DNA of 64,000 bases, taken from Piromyces finnis finn (taxonomy: Eukaryota; Fungi; Neocallimastigomycota). The stretch spans positions 62,001 through 126,000 of the forward strand of contig MCFH01000049.1 in the NCBI GenBank assembly GCA_002104945.1, in the 5' to 3' direction. The notes below the pieces were generated by a model that was not told the DNA's origin, made no database searches, and worked only from the letters and a program-made list of their open reading frames with translations. Position numbers and translations under genes: made by a program. Position 1 is the first letter of the stretch. Every line of letters begins with the position of its first letter. Shown piece after piece: positions 42,068 to 55,536 of this stretch.

Positions 42068-43067
42068 ATAATAACTGAGATGGCTGTAAAATGATTCTTT
42101 TTACAGTTGACTGAATATAAAAAAACGGAATATCAATTAATATGTAAAAATATATATTTTGAAAAAATCGTTATCATAATAATTGTTTTAAATAAATAAA
42201 TAAAAAAAAGTTGAAGAATATTTACTAAACTTCATACATATATATAAAAATAATTAAATTATAAAATATAAAATATGAAAATATTTTATAATTTATAAAA
42301 AAATAAAATTAAAATATCATTAAAAAAACATCATCAAACTATTAAAATAATTAAAGGTTTTATATATTTAATAAATTGTTTGTTTATTTGATAGTTCAGT
42401 TATATAAATACTAACATAATAACATAATATTTATAAAATTTATAGTAAAATAAAAAAATATATTATTTATATTATCATAATAAAAAGCTATAATTTAGTA
42501 ATAATTTTTTGTTATTAAAGCTATTCCATTTGATTATTCTAATGTCATTTTAGTATTATTTCAGTCTTAATTCTATTAAAAAATGGATTAAATTGTAGGT
42601 ATATATTATTCTTAAATTCAAACAAACATAAAATAAGAAAAAATATTATTATTTTAATAATAAAATATAAAAAAACAATAAAATCAATAGAAAATAGAAT
42701 AATATTTAAATTTAAATATATATTTACTTTTTTTTTTAAAAAAAAAAAGTTTAAATTTTTTGCTTTATTTTTACTTTTATTTTTTTAATGTTTTAATTAC
42801 ATTTTTTTTTAATTCTTAACATTTTCTATTTTTATTTCTTATTTATTTATAATATATATTTTGTATAATAGCAATAACAATATTTTAATTTTTATAGTTA
42901 TAATAATTGTTATTAAAAAAGGATTTATTAAAAAATATATATATATTTAATATATATTCAATTCTTTATATTTCATTATCTGTAAAAAAATTCATTTTAC
43001 AACTAATTGAATATGTATTTTGTTATTATTGTATATTTTCAGATATTTATAAACTATTTTTTTTTCA

Positions 43068-43922
43068 TTTCAAACTAAATCTTCCCCTTTTAAAGTTCTA
43101 ATACGTTTATTGATGTAATTCCAAGTAGATATGAAATAAATAATCTATAAAAATAAAAATAAAAATAAAAATATAAATAAAAATAAAAATGATTATTTTT
43201 ATTTATTAAAAATACAATTTATATTAAAATTCTATAATGCATACATGCATACATATACAATTGTTTATTTTATACTATTTCATTTTTTTCATCTCATATT
43301 AATATCATCCTATTTAATTTTATTAATATAAATTAATACTTACATGAGCGATAATAATTAAAAAACTAATAATACCATTGAAAATAAATAATTTAGTTAA
43401 ATTATAATGCATTAAATAATATTTATGTAAATATTCCATTAAATGAGAGAATAAATAGGCTAAGACAATTATACTTAAAATTTCAAAAACAACGATGAGT
43501 GTTAAAGACATTTTATTTCTCTTAAAATCATCAATATTATTTCCCTAATCATAATATTAAATATTTAAATAGTTTATATTTAAATTTTTATAAATAATAT
43601 GTTTCATTATCATAATATATAAATTTATAAAGAAAGATGGAATAATATTATGTATACATAATTATACTTACTTTTTTGATTATATGGATAAAAAATGAAT
43701 TTATACCAATGTCGATAAATAAAGGAATAACTACTAATATTCCTCCAAAACCACATAGTGAAAATAAAATTAAAGAAAAAAATATCTTTTTAAATATATT
43801 ATTTTAATAAAGTGAATTTTCACTAATAAATATTCTTTCATTATTATTTATATTTTAAATTTAAAAGTACTCACAGTAACTAAACAGAATAATCCTTTAT
43901 TAGATGTCTTGACTTCTGCCAT
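43068..43922 (-). pseudogene. Four-TM family copy H (divergent N-terminus, premature stops)
   Basis: MAEVKTSNKGLFCLVT|gtgagt. Exon 3 overlaps tracked ORF 43323-43511. The last exon is IIYFISTWNYINKRIRTLKGEDLV*. Confidence 0.6.
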
Positions 43923-44640
43923 TTTTATTTTTTTATTTCTTTATTTTATATAAAATACTTATTTAAAGTGTTTTAGTATTTTGTTTTTTTTTTTTTTAAA
44001 TTTAATAAAATGGGAAAATTTTTCATTTTTATACCATTTTGATATTTTGTGTAACCGCGAATTTTTCATTTATATTAAATTTTTAGATTTTCCTATATTA
44101 ATTTGTAAGTAATAATCTTTAATTTATTTCATTTATTTTTAATTTATAAATGATAATATTTGTAAATCATAAAATAATAGTGGTAATAATAATACTTTAT
44201 TATTTATTTTATTATTTATAATATTACATATTTTCAAATATTTGTTTATTATTTCTTTTTTTTATAAACTATAAGTATTATTATAAATATTATTATAAAT
44301 ACTATTTTATATTTTATATTAATTTCTTTTTGTTTCAAATCTAAATTTATAATAAAAAAAATAAATTAAAGATTATTCCACATTTCAATTTTATATTTAT
44401 TAAAGTTTTTATGCTTGATTAATTACTTACAAATTAATATATAAAAATCTAAAAATTTAATATAAATGAAAAAATCCGAAATTACACTAAGAATTGAAAA
44501 TAATATAAAATAAAAAAAAAATTCCTATTCTTTTATAATAAAAAAAAAAAAAAAAGCCAAAAATTATAAATAATTATAATTAAAATAATAATAATAATAT
44601 AAATATACAAAAGTAAAAATAGAGAAAGAAATTAAATATA

Positions 44641-45482
44641 ATGGGATTTTTCGATAAATGTTTTTGTTGTTCATGTTTAACAGAGAAACAATCTGTTAAA
44701 ATATGTACTTGGTTATTAGTTGTAAGTATTTATTAACTAATTAAAATTTAAAATTTACAATGTATATTAAATGTAAATTAATATGGAATTTTTTAATAAT
44801 AAAAAAAAAGATAGTTAGTGCTTTTTATGCCTGCTCAGAAATCTATATAATCAATGAAAATAACTTTAACATTTTAAATTTAACATTTTTAATTATTATT
44901 CTTATATTCATTTCTATATATGCACTCTTTCTTTATAAAATTAAAAGCGTAGATATAACTATTTATATTAATAAGTATTATTATTTATTATTACGAATTT
45001 TTGAATTATAGTATTAAAACTTATTATTTATTTATAACTTTTAAAAATAAATTATTTAATTGTTATTCAAATTTTAATTAGGGTAATCCAAAACATTCAA
45101 AACTACTTAAAATAGCTTTAGGAATCATCACTATTATTCAAATTTTAGATTTATCTTATTATATTGTTAAGATAATTAACCATTCTATTGAAGAATCATT
45201 TGATCAAATTGAATTACTATTTATTATTTGGTTTTGTGCATTAGCTTTTATTATTTCTACCCTTCTTGTAAGTATTAATATTATTAATGAAACTAAAAAT
45301 ATATTAATATAAAAAAAAAGAAGGGAGAATTATAATAATACCCACCTTTACTTATCAATATATATATAAATTGTCATTTTCAATAGGTTGATTACTGGAT
45401 ATCTTCTTGTTATTACATTAATAGTCTTGTTAGAACACATGAATTAGAAGATTCAACTAGAAAGAAAGAAAATGGCATATAA
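44641..45482 (+). CDS. Four-TM family copy I (4 exons)
   Basis: MGFFDKCFCCSCLTEKQSVKICTWLLV|gtaagt. The last exon is VDYWISSCYYINSLVRTHELEDSTRKKENGI*. Confidence 0.8.
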
Positions 45483-48400
45483 ATATTTAAAAATATCAAA
45501 ATAATAAATGAAATAATTACAAAATGAACTTTTTTTACAGTTAACGAAATATAAAATTGTCCATTAATTAATATAGTCCTATTTTGAAAAACCTCTTTTC
45601 ATACTATAAATAAAAAATATTTATATGTTTATATAAAATAAATATAATTTTCATGAATATAAAAAATAAAAAAAAAACTATAATAGAAAATATAAAAAAA
45701 CTATTTAAATTAAAAATAAAAACATGTAAGAAATTAAAATACAATATAAAAAAAAAAAAGTATAGATAAAATGTTAACAAACTATTAAAATAATTATATG
45801 TTTTTGTATATTTAAATGTATATTATTATGTATTAAAATGCTATTGTCTATTGTTGAAAAATTCAATTTTCATAGATAAAATAAAAGGTATAAAATATAA
45901 TAAAAATAATTATTTAAAAATAATAAAAATAAACAAAAAGCATGTAAAAAATTAAAATTAAAATAAAAATAAAAAAAAAAAAAGAAGCATCAATAAACCA
46001 TTGAAATAATTAAAGGTTTTGTATATTTAAATTTCATTTATTTTTTCATTTTATTTTAAAATATTAACATAATTTTTTTAAAAAAAAAAAAAAGATTTTA
46101 TTTATTTTAAATATATATATACTAAAGATAAAGTATACAAAAATAATATTTTGTTTTTACAATTTTATTTATTTATTTTTTTTTTTTTTGACAAAGTAAT
46201 ATTCAATCTATTTAATTCTTTTATTTTTTACTATTAAATTTATATTTTTAAATCTATATTTAACCATACAAAAGATATTTATTCTCTTGATAAATTTATT
46301 TTATTTCTCTAATTAAAATATTTAATGATAATATGTTCATTAAATAATAGAATTAATATTAATTGCATTGTTATTGTTTTTTTGTTGCTTTTTAATGATT
46401 CCATATTACTGTATCTTTATTTGAATCCATTAAAAAAAAACAAAAAGAGAGAGAAAAGAGAAATTTATAGTTAAATAAATTTAATTAAAAATATATCCAA
46501 AATTTGTCATTTCATTAATTGAATTTTTTTTTCCTTTTTCTTTTCAAATATAAATGCTTTTTTTTTTGAATGACATATATAATAGCTTTATATGAACATA
46601 TTTATTACAATTTTTTATTTAGTTATTTTTTAAATATTTACGATAACTAATAAACTCAAAGTTCATTATAAAAGTTAAAAAAAAAAAAAAACAAGGTATA
46701 TAAAAAGGTTAAAATTTTAACCTCAATTTTAATAAAAGTTAAATAATTATATATATAATAAAAAAAGGAAAAATTAGAATAATAACAGTAAATGTTTTTT
46801 TATTATTATATAATAATAGTAGAGTAATGATAATAAGAAAATAAAGCTATTTTCAAAGTGTTCATTATTAGAAAAAAAAAAAAAAAACCTTTTAAAAATT
46901 TTGTATCTGAAAATTGTTAATATTATATATAAATTTAAATATTAATAACAACTATTATTATTATTTTAAAGATATTAAAATTACATTTGTTACTTTTGAT
47001 TATACAATAAAACAATAAAATCTATTTTTTTTTTAAAAAAAAAAAAAAAAGGATAGTTTTTCTTTCTTATGGAAAAATGATATACTTGTAAATCATCCTA
47101 TTTAAAGAAATACACTAAATACATATGCAACTTCTTTATATACATAATTTGTGGATTAGTTATAATATAATAAATTAATGCAAATACAAAATGTTATTGT
47201 AATGTAAAATAATGTATTGTAATGTTAATACAAAATTTGCTTCAACTACATACACATTAATGTACAAAATAAAATGTAATACAAATTACATTAATAATCT
47301 ATTCTAATATTACATTAATTTATGTTAAAATACCATTTATTTTAATATTCAATTTTATTATTGAGTAGAGTTTTTTTTTTCAATTTGATATTATCATAAA
47401 AAGGCTAACCAATAAAAAATATATGATTTACTTCCTCTAAATGAAATGTTGCTTGTGTGATGATGTGATGTGAATTGTTTCATATCAACAATACTACACA
47501 AAAATTAATTTACTTTTGAAATTTTATTTTACTAAAAATGAAAAAAAATTAGTTGTTGAAGTTGTGTGTTTAGACATTTTTTTTTTTGTCGTTGTGTTCG
47601 TGCAGTTGTGTACGTGTATTTAAGTGTGGGTTCATTGAAATTTCAATAGAGAAAGTAAAGTGAAAATTCTTACATTATTTATTATTTTTAAAAGTATGTT
47701 TAATAAATTCAGTAGTAAAAAAAGCAAAAAAAGCAAAAAAAAAAAAAAAAATAGAATTTGGTAAGAATAAAAAGAGATAAAGCTTCTATAGAATATTCTA
47801 TTAAATTTTAATAATAAAACTTAAAATTGCCAGAATTAGAACCAGAACTATGACCAGAAGACTACATGAATTATTACCAGAATTATTAATAAAAAATTTT
47901 TTTAAATTTTTTGACTTATTTTGAATTTGTAATGATGCTTTGTATTATTTAAAAAAGGTAGCAATAGGTTTATTCTATTTAAATTATTTTTGTCAGATGT
48001 AGATGATGAAATACTCTTTTAGAAATATTTATTAAAAGAATAAAACTATTTTTAAAAAAATTAATTTTAGGAAGGATTTCCTGTAACATTTTAAAAAATT
48101 AAGCGTTTTTATAGAATAATTAAGAATTTTCATTTTTTCATAAAGATTATTCCAATGATTCCTTTATAAAAATTTTCCCTAAAATATGATATTCTTAGAA
48201 GGAATTAGGCCACGTTTTTATAAGAATATAAAAATGAAAGAAACACAAAAAATTATAAAAAAAAAATAGTTTTTCTTTTGAAATATGAAAATTACAAAAA
48301 AGAACCATTTCATTAAACTATTTATTTACTTTTATAGTTATTTATTTATTTATTTTTATAGTTATTTATTTACATATTCATTTACTTATTTTTATTTTAA

Positions 48401-49181
48401 GAAGCTTCAGCATTGGTTAATGTAAAAAAATCCCCTATTTTTATAAAACAATTTTTAATAATTAATTAGAACTGTAACTTAAATTTTGTATACAACGATT
48501 GTGTAACATAAGTACAAATTCTATTGGATCACTAATTTACGGATAAAATCAAAATTTACTTTGTTTTGTTTCATTTTTTAGATGTCAAAATTTAAGTATA
48601 AAAATGAAAAGATACTGTTAAAGTATTATTTTTTTTTTATTTCTATTATATTCAAAATAAAAGTGAGTTTTACCATAAAATCAAATTTTTGGTTTATATA
48701 AAAATTAGAATAAAATTTTTGTATCTTTTAATCTTTTCATTTCATTATTGAAATATATAATTTATTTTAAAAATCAAAAAAAAAAAGAAAATGTTTCCAG
48801 TAAAATGATACACCATATTAAATTAATTTTTGATAGAAAAAAGAATTTTTCTAAAATAAATTAATTAAAAAAAAAGAAAGAAATTAAATGGTTGGTTACT
48901 GAAAATAATTAAATTTTTAATTCATTTTTTTTATATTTTAAATTAATTTATTCATTAATTACAAATAAATTAATATATGAATTTTTAGATTTTTAATTTA
49001 AATAAAAAACATGGTGACACAAGACAACTGAAATTTGTATAAAAAAAAATTGTTTTTCTGACCTTTTTTGGTACTTCAAATAAACATTAGTAATAAAAAA
49101 AAGATAATTACTAAAAGAAATAAAAGAAAAATAAAATTAAAGAAATATCAAAGAAAATTAAAAATATATAAAAATTACAAA

Positions 49182-50161
49182 ATGGGTTTTTTCGATAAAT
49201 GTATTTGTTGTCCTTGCTTAAGTAAGGAACAATCTGTTAAAGTTTGCACTTATGTTTTCACTGTAAGTAGTTTTTTTTTTTTTTTTTTTTAACTAGAAAC
49301 AATTTTAAAGTAAAAAAAAATATTGTTATTATGATGCATATTTACTAATTAAATGATATTTTAATAATTTAAAAAAAAGGCACTTGAAATTCTTAGTTTC
49401 ATTATTAGCATTGGAAATGGAAGTTTTCGTCAAGTAATTTCATCTCTTTTATCAATTGCTGTCATTGCCTCGTTTATTTATTTACTTTATGCAATGAAAA
49501 CTGTAAGCATATAAAAATAAATTATTACTTTTGTATTTATTTATTTTTAAAAATTAATTGTAATATTATTGATATTATTATGGTTAGGGTAACCCGAAAT
49601 ATTTAAACCAAATTAAATTAATTTTTGGAATCGTCCTTGCCCTAGAAGTTTTAAACTTTATTATATATATTTTTGCTGCTATTATTTTGTTCTTCAAGGC
49701 TGGTAATAGGATTGTTCAATTAAATTATGCAGGTAATGATTTTAAAAATTTTTTTAAATCATCAAAGGAATTAGAAACAGAAATTAGAACATACGCTGCT
49801 TTAAAAATTATTGGTTATCTTGTTGGAGTTTTCCTTGTTGTAAGTATTGAGAACATTAATTATATTAAAAAATTAAAAGAATAGTTGGAAATAAGGAAAT
49901 AAATATATTAAACAATATGAAACAATTTTCTAAAGTATAACAAAAACTAATATATTATTATTTTTTTAAATAAAAAAATATCTTTTCATTTAATAGGTTA
50001 ACTATTATTTATCCACCATTAATTATATTAATGAACTTCTTAAAACCCTTGAAGTAGAAAATTCTGCTAGAAAAGAAGAAAGTGGAATTAAGGAAGAAAC
50101 TACAAAAAAAGAAGAAACTATTAAAAAAGAAGAAACTACTGAAAAGGATATAACTGCTTAA
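49182..50161 (+). CDS. Four-TM family copy J (4 exons, KEET-repeat tail)
   Basis: MGFFDKCICCPCLSKEQSVKVCTYVFT|gtaagt. The last exon ends ...RKEESGIKEETTKKEETIKKEETTEKDITA*. Confidence 0.85.
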
Positions 50162-50290
50162 AAAGAAGAAAGTGCAAAGAAAGACAAAATATTAAAAGAT
50201 GCTCTAATCAATAAAACAATTTTATTATTTAAACATAAAAAAAATCATATTATTAATTAAAATATAATTCATATAATTATAAACAAAACA

Positions 50291-50530
50291 TAGCTATAAT
50301 CTATAGTGATTAATAACCTCATAAATATTATAATTATTAAAAAAAGTTATAATCTATAGTGATTAATAACCTCATAAATATTATAATTATTAAAATAGCT
50401 ATAATCTATAGTGATTAATAACCTCATAAATATTATAATTATTAAAATAGCTATAATCTATAGTGATTAATAACCTCATAAATATTATATTATTATTAAA
50501 AAAAGTTATAATCTATAGTGATTATAAACA
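50291..50530. repeat. Minisatellite, 52-55-bp unit, ~4.5 copies plus degenerate copies to ~50690
   Basis: Unit core (GC/GT)TATAATCTATAGTGATTAATAACCTCATAAATATTATAATTATTAAAA. Confidence 0.92.
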
Positions 50531-52049
50531 TAACATAGTTATTATGCTTTTAATGTAAAAGCATCGTAAAATATTATATTATCAAAAAAAGCTATAATCT
50601 ATAAAACGATTATAAACAATTATTATATTTTTATTAAAATAGCTATAATCTATTATGATTATAAGCAATCATAAAATATTATTATTAAAACATAGTTATT
50701 ATGCTTTTAATGTAAAAGCATCTTTAAATATTTTAAAAAAAACTTTTACGAAAAACCTTTTATTATTAATATCATTTTAAAATATAATTTTTAAAAATTA
50801 AAATAAAAAATTAAATATAAAATAATATTGTAATTCTTTTTTTTTTTTTTGGTGCATGTGACTTGTAATCAAAAAGAAATATTAATATTATTGTTATATT
50901 TTTATTGTTTTGAAATATAGATAAAAGGTCATTTATTTATTATATCTCTTTAAATATTAACATTTTAATAATGTATGTCTCCTATGTATGATAGGATGTT
51001 TTTTTTTTTTTTTTTTTTTTTTTTTTGACTCTTGGTAAGGTGCCTTCATTTATCAAAATATAATAAATAAATATATAATTAAAATAACATTATTATACAC
51101 AGTAACATTTATAAGATATATGTATTGAATTGCAATCCTTTTATATTATAAAAATATAAAAAGTTTATTCATTTTTTTTTTTTTTTTTATGAATATAGAA
51201 AAACTTATCATTATTATCAATATATAAAAAAATTATATATTATTAAATAAGAAAAAGAAATCATATATATTACATATATCTAATATCTAATATAATTAAA
51301 AATAAAATATAATAATCAAAAGAATTAATAGTATAAAATATAAATGTATTTACGAAATAAGATAGGTAGATAAATCTTGTTAAATTAGACATTTTTTTTT
51401 TTATATCAAATATTTTGTTTTTAATTTTTAACCCAATATATAAAATAAAAGCATGAAAGTAGTTATAAATATATGTACTAATTGTTGAGTATTTTTAAAT
51501 CTAATGATTATACTTTAGTATAATAGTGGTGGCTTTCTTACTTTAATTAAAATGACTAGAATACATTATACCCAATTTTTATTCATTTGTGTTGATTTAA
51601 CTTGGGAAGGTACCTTCATTTATTTAATAAATAAAGTTTCTCAAAGGGGCTCTACTCATGCTCATGGTACTTGAGAGAGTAGAAAAAAAATCCAAGTATT
51701 GCGCAATGGATACTTGGTTAGTCTTTAAAGCAAAATTATAAGGACTAAGCTCATGGTACTGAGCGATTAAAAAACATTTATCCATCGAATTTAAGTTTTT
51801 GATGGATAAGTTGAATTGTTTGGTATTCAGGTAAGTTTGTATAGTATTTAATTTAATTAGAAGAGTAATACATTTTGTTGCTGTATTTTTTCTTTTATTC
51901 ATGTATTCATGGAGTACTACTCTTTTCTTGTAAGAATCCAATGTATTCAACTTTAGGATTTGCATTGTATTTTTATATTCATGTAGCTATTGTTGTATTA
52001 TTTCTTGTAAGAGACTGATTCACTCTACATCATGTAAAAATACTATTCA

Positions 52050-54740
52050 CAAGCTTTCTGGTGTCGACATTCTTGATTTGGAGCATTGGTATGAAGAACC
52101 AATGAATAAACGTTTTTCACTTCCTATGCTTGATGAGTGGGATATCAACCAAGATATTAGTATTGATGAGGTCAAGTCGGCTATCCTCTCTACTCCAAAT
52201 TATAAAGCATCAGGTCCAGATGGTATTCCAATTGAATTTTTACCAAGCATTAATTCCATCAAGTAATGATTCTAATAATGCTACAGATAATAATTCTTCC
52301 GGTAATACCACTTCAGATAATGATGCTCATGGTTTAAATTTTATCCTTAAATTACTCAACCGTATTTGGGATGGAGACTTCCCCAGCTCATGGAATGAAT
52401 CCAGTATTGTTTCTATTCCTAAGAAGGGAGATTTGACAGATTGTGATTGTGATGTGATAACTATCGAGGTTTATCACTTATCAATAATGGTATTAAGTTG
52501 ATTTCAAAAATTGTCACCACTAGAATCAATTTGGTTTTCGAAAAAAGAGAGTATCAGTCTTTTCATTTCAATCCAAGAAATATGTCGTAGACGTCAATTA
52601 GATAATAAAGAGACATATTTGGCCTTTTTTAAATCTCAGGAAAGCATACGATTCAGTCCCAATTGGTAATATTCTCCATAAATTAGATTGTTTAGGTGTT
52701 TAGGAATCCGAGGGGTAAGAGTTTACAATTTATCAAAAAATTTATATTTAACATCTAAGGCTAATGTCAAATTAGATGAACAATTCTCGAAATCTTTTGA
52801 TGTGAAGAAAGGAGTCCGCCGGGGTTGCCCACTTTCACCCATTCTCTTTAATCTCTTTATTAATGATATATTTAGAAAGTGCGAAGATCTTGGAGTCAGT
52901 TTAGGTGACGCTCGATGCTGTGGTGGACGTTTTGCAGATGATATAGTTATTTGTGCTCCAACAAGAGGATGCTTAAAAAAGATGCTTAGAAGAGTTAATG
53001 AATGGGCATTGTATAATGAAATGAAATTTGGTATCCAGAAATGTTCAACGATGGTGATTCGTCCTGAATCTATAGAAAATCAGAACATGAAGGAACCAAC
53101 ATTTTACTTAGCAGGACAACCCATTCCAACTACTGACTGCTACACTTATATTGGTGTTCCATTGGATAAGAATCTGTCCCTTAAACCAGTTATTAAAACT
53201 CTTAATAATAAAGTTTTGAAAGGACTCTTTTCAGTCAGTAAATTCTTAAAAAAATCCTAATATTCCTATTCCTTTCGAAAAAGCTAGTACTTAACTCACA
53301 AGTGATTAAGCAGAGTTTCAATACTTAACTCACAAGTGATTAGCAGAGTTTCAATACTTTGCACCATTACTTGGATCCAACAAAGCTAGGTCTAGGATTG
53401 CTCAGAAGCATGTTAACAAAGGAGTACGATGGGTTGCCGGAGTTCATAAAGCTGTATCGTTTATATCTTTATACTCTATCTCAAAAGATTTGAATATTCC
53501 TCCATTGTCAGCCAAATGTGCTTTAGCTCAGGTTAGATGTTTTAACAAATGGAAAAACTCAAATTGTATTATCTCACACCTTGTCAATTACATTCCTAAA
53601 TTTAGAAAATACACGTGGTGCAAATTAAGTAGGACACTTGATAAAAAACTAAAGAAGCATGGAGATGTTAAAGCAATTAAAAACTTTTATTGGAAAGATC
53701 TCAAAGGGAATTCAATCAAAGCGCAATATTATGATGATAATAAATTTATTGAAACTAAAGATTTTATTAAATTATGTTATGAATACCCAGAGTTTGCCTA
53801 TGGTTTCTACTGGCTATTGAAAGCAAGAAGCGGATACAAGTTGGATGCTAGAGTTGCCAAAGCTGCCAAATTTGTTGATCCAGTTTGTCCTAACTACTGT
53901 CTATGTTGCAAGTGTGGAGATCAAAGTATTAAACATTGGTTATTAGATTGTCCAACATTTAGAGATATCCGTATTAAACATTATGATTCCATAGTCCAGC
54001 TATTAAATTTTTTCAGTCAACGTAATTCCAACAGTCCTATCAATAATATAGAAAATATTAATAAAAGTAGAGATAGCAATAACATTAATAGTAATAGTAA
54101 CAATAGTACTAATAACAATAACAATAGTAATAGTAACATTAGTAATAATAACAATAGTAATAGTAACAATGGTAATAATAACAATAATAGTAGTAGAAAT
54201 AATAATATTAGTAATGATAGCAATAGTGAAGATAATAATTCTAATTTAGATAGTAATTTAGTTAATAATAGTAATAGTTCTAATAATCCGGTGAATATTA
54301 ATGTGTATAATTATTCTAGTGTGTGCAGTAAAATATTTAAATTCCTTCTTGGGGGAAGAAGTTTTAACAATATCAATTACAATTCAAGGGAATGGAAAGA
54401 ACTTTGTAAGCGTCAGATTCAATCTGGTACTAACGAAGGAACACCATTCTTGACGGTAACCACGGAACTTCTAACCAAAATCATGCCTTTTGTTATTGGC
54501 CAGCAATGGTCAACAAAAGGTTTGAAACAACAGCCAAGAGCATCAATGCTGAAGAAACAGTAAGACAGGCCAGGAGGGCCAGCGCAACCAATGGAGATCA
54601 TAATTTTGTCCCATGACAAAATTTTGATCTTTGGCTCGCTCGATGTCCCATTGAAAGTCAAATACAATTATTATACTTTGTATAATACTTTAATTATAGT
54701 TATTAGATTACATTATACCCAATTTTTATTCATTTGTGTT
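52050..54740 (+). mobile_element. Non-LTR retrotransposon (LINE) ORF2, frameshifted and 5'-incomplete
   Basis: KASGPDGIPIEF, IVSIPKKGD, GVRRGCPLSPILFNLFIND, FADDIVI, CYTYIGVPL and zinc finger CLCCKCGDQSIKHWLLDC, spread across several frames. Confidence 0.93.
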
Positions 54741-55536
54741 TATTTAAACCTATTTTTTAATTTTTATTTTTATTTTTATTTTTAATTTTTATATTACATG
54801 TATTATAATTTTAATTAAATTAATAATAAAATTTAAAAATAGTTGATGTCGTTAAAAAAAAAGAAAAATTAGCTTAGAAGGTACACATTGCTGTGAAAGC
54901 CTATACTTATTAGAAAAAAAAAAAAGAGTAAATAATTGAAATAAATTTTTGTATCAATAAATATTATAAATATTATAAATATTCAATGATGATGATTCGT
55001 CCAGAAACTGAAGCATTCCAGAACAAGAAAGATCCAACATTTTATTTTGTTGGTAAAACCCATCTTTCAACTATCAATTATTACATTTATTACATTTATC
55101 TCCTCCTATCTCTTTTTACTATTCAATAAGAATTTTTCATCTTTTTTTTAAAAACAATATCTTTTTAATATTTTAAAAAAAAAGTTCATCTTCCGTCAAT
55201 TTTAATTTTTAAGGGGATCAAAAAAAAAAAAAAATTTTCAATATAAATTAATTAAAAAATTAAAGGATTGGCTATATTAAGTTACTAAACCATCAGTTGA
55301 AATTTTTATATTTATTAAAGTTTATTTACACATTGATTAAATAAATTAATAGATTAAAGTTAATTTAAGTGAAAAAAAAATTACACAAAGGGATATCAAA
55401 AAAAAAAAGTATAAAAAGGAAATAATTTTTTAAAAGTTAAAAATTCACTAAAATAAAAAGATAAAAAAAAAAAAAAACATAAACTAAAAACAATAAAATT
55501 TAAAAAAAAATAAAATTAAAAGAAAAAAATTACAAA

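Noticed and set aside
47820-48300. CCAGAA repeats and coding-like fragments
   Set aside because: Many stops and no recognisable motif; probably an old TE remnant.
49068-49292. Tracked 74-aa ORF as a gene
   Set aside because: The real start is the ATG at 49182. The upstream part is A-rich leader and the end reads into intron 1.
50291-50530. Possible CRISPR array
   Set aside because: Units are contiguous with no unique spacers, there are no cas genes, and the context is eukaryotic.
51624-51965. 113-aa minus-strand ORF
   Set aside because: No recognisable domain; it lies in TE-associated DNA and is covered in the LINE terminal-repeat finding.
54017-54223. Poly-Leu ORF
   Set aside because: Antisense of the Asn tract in LINE ORF2.
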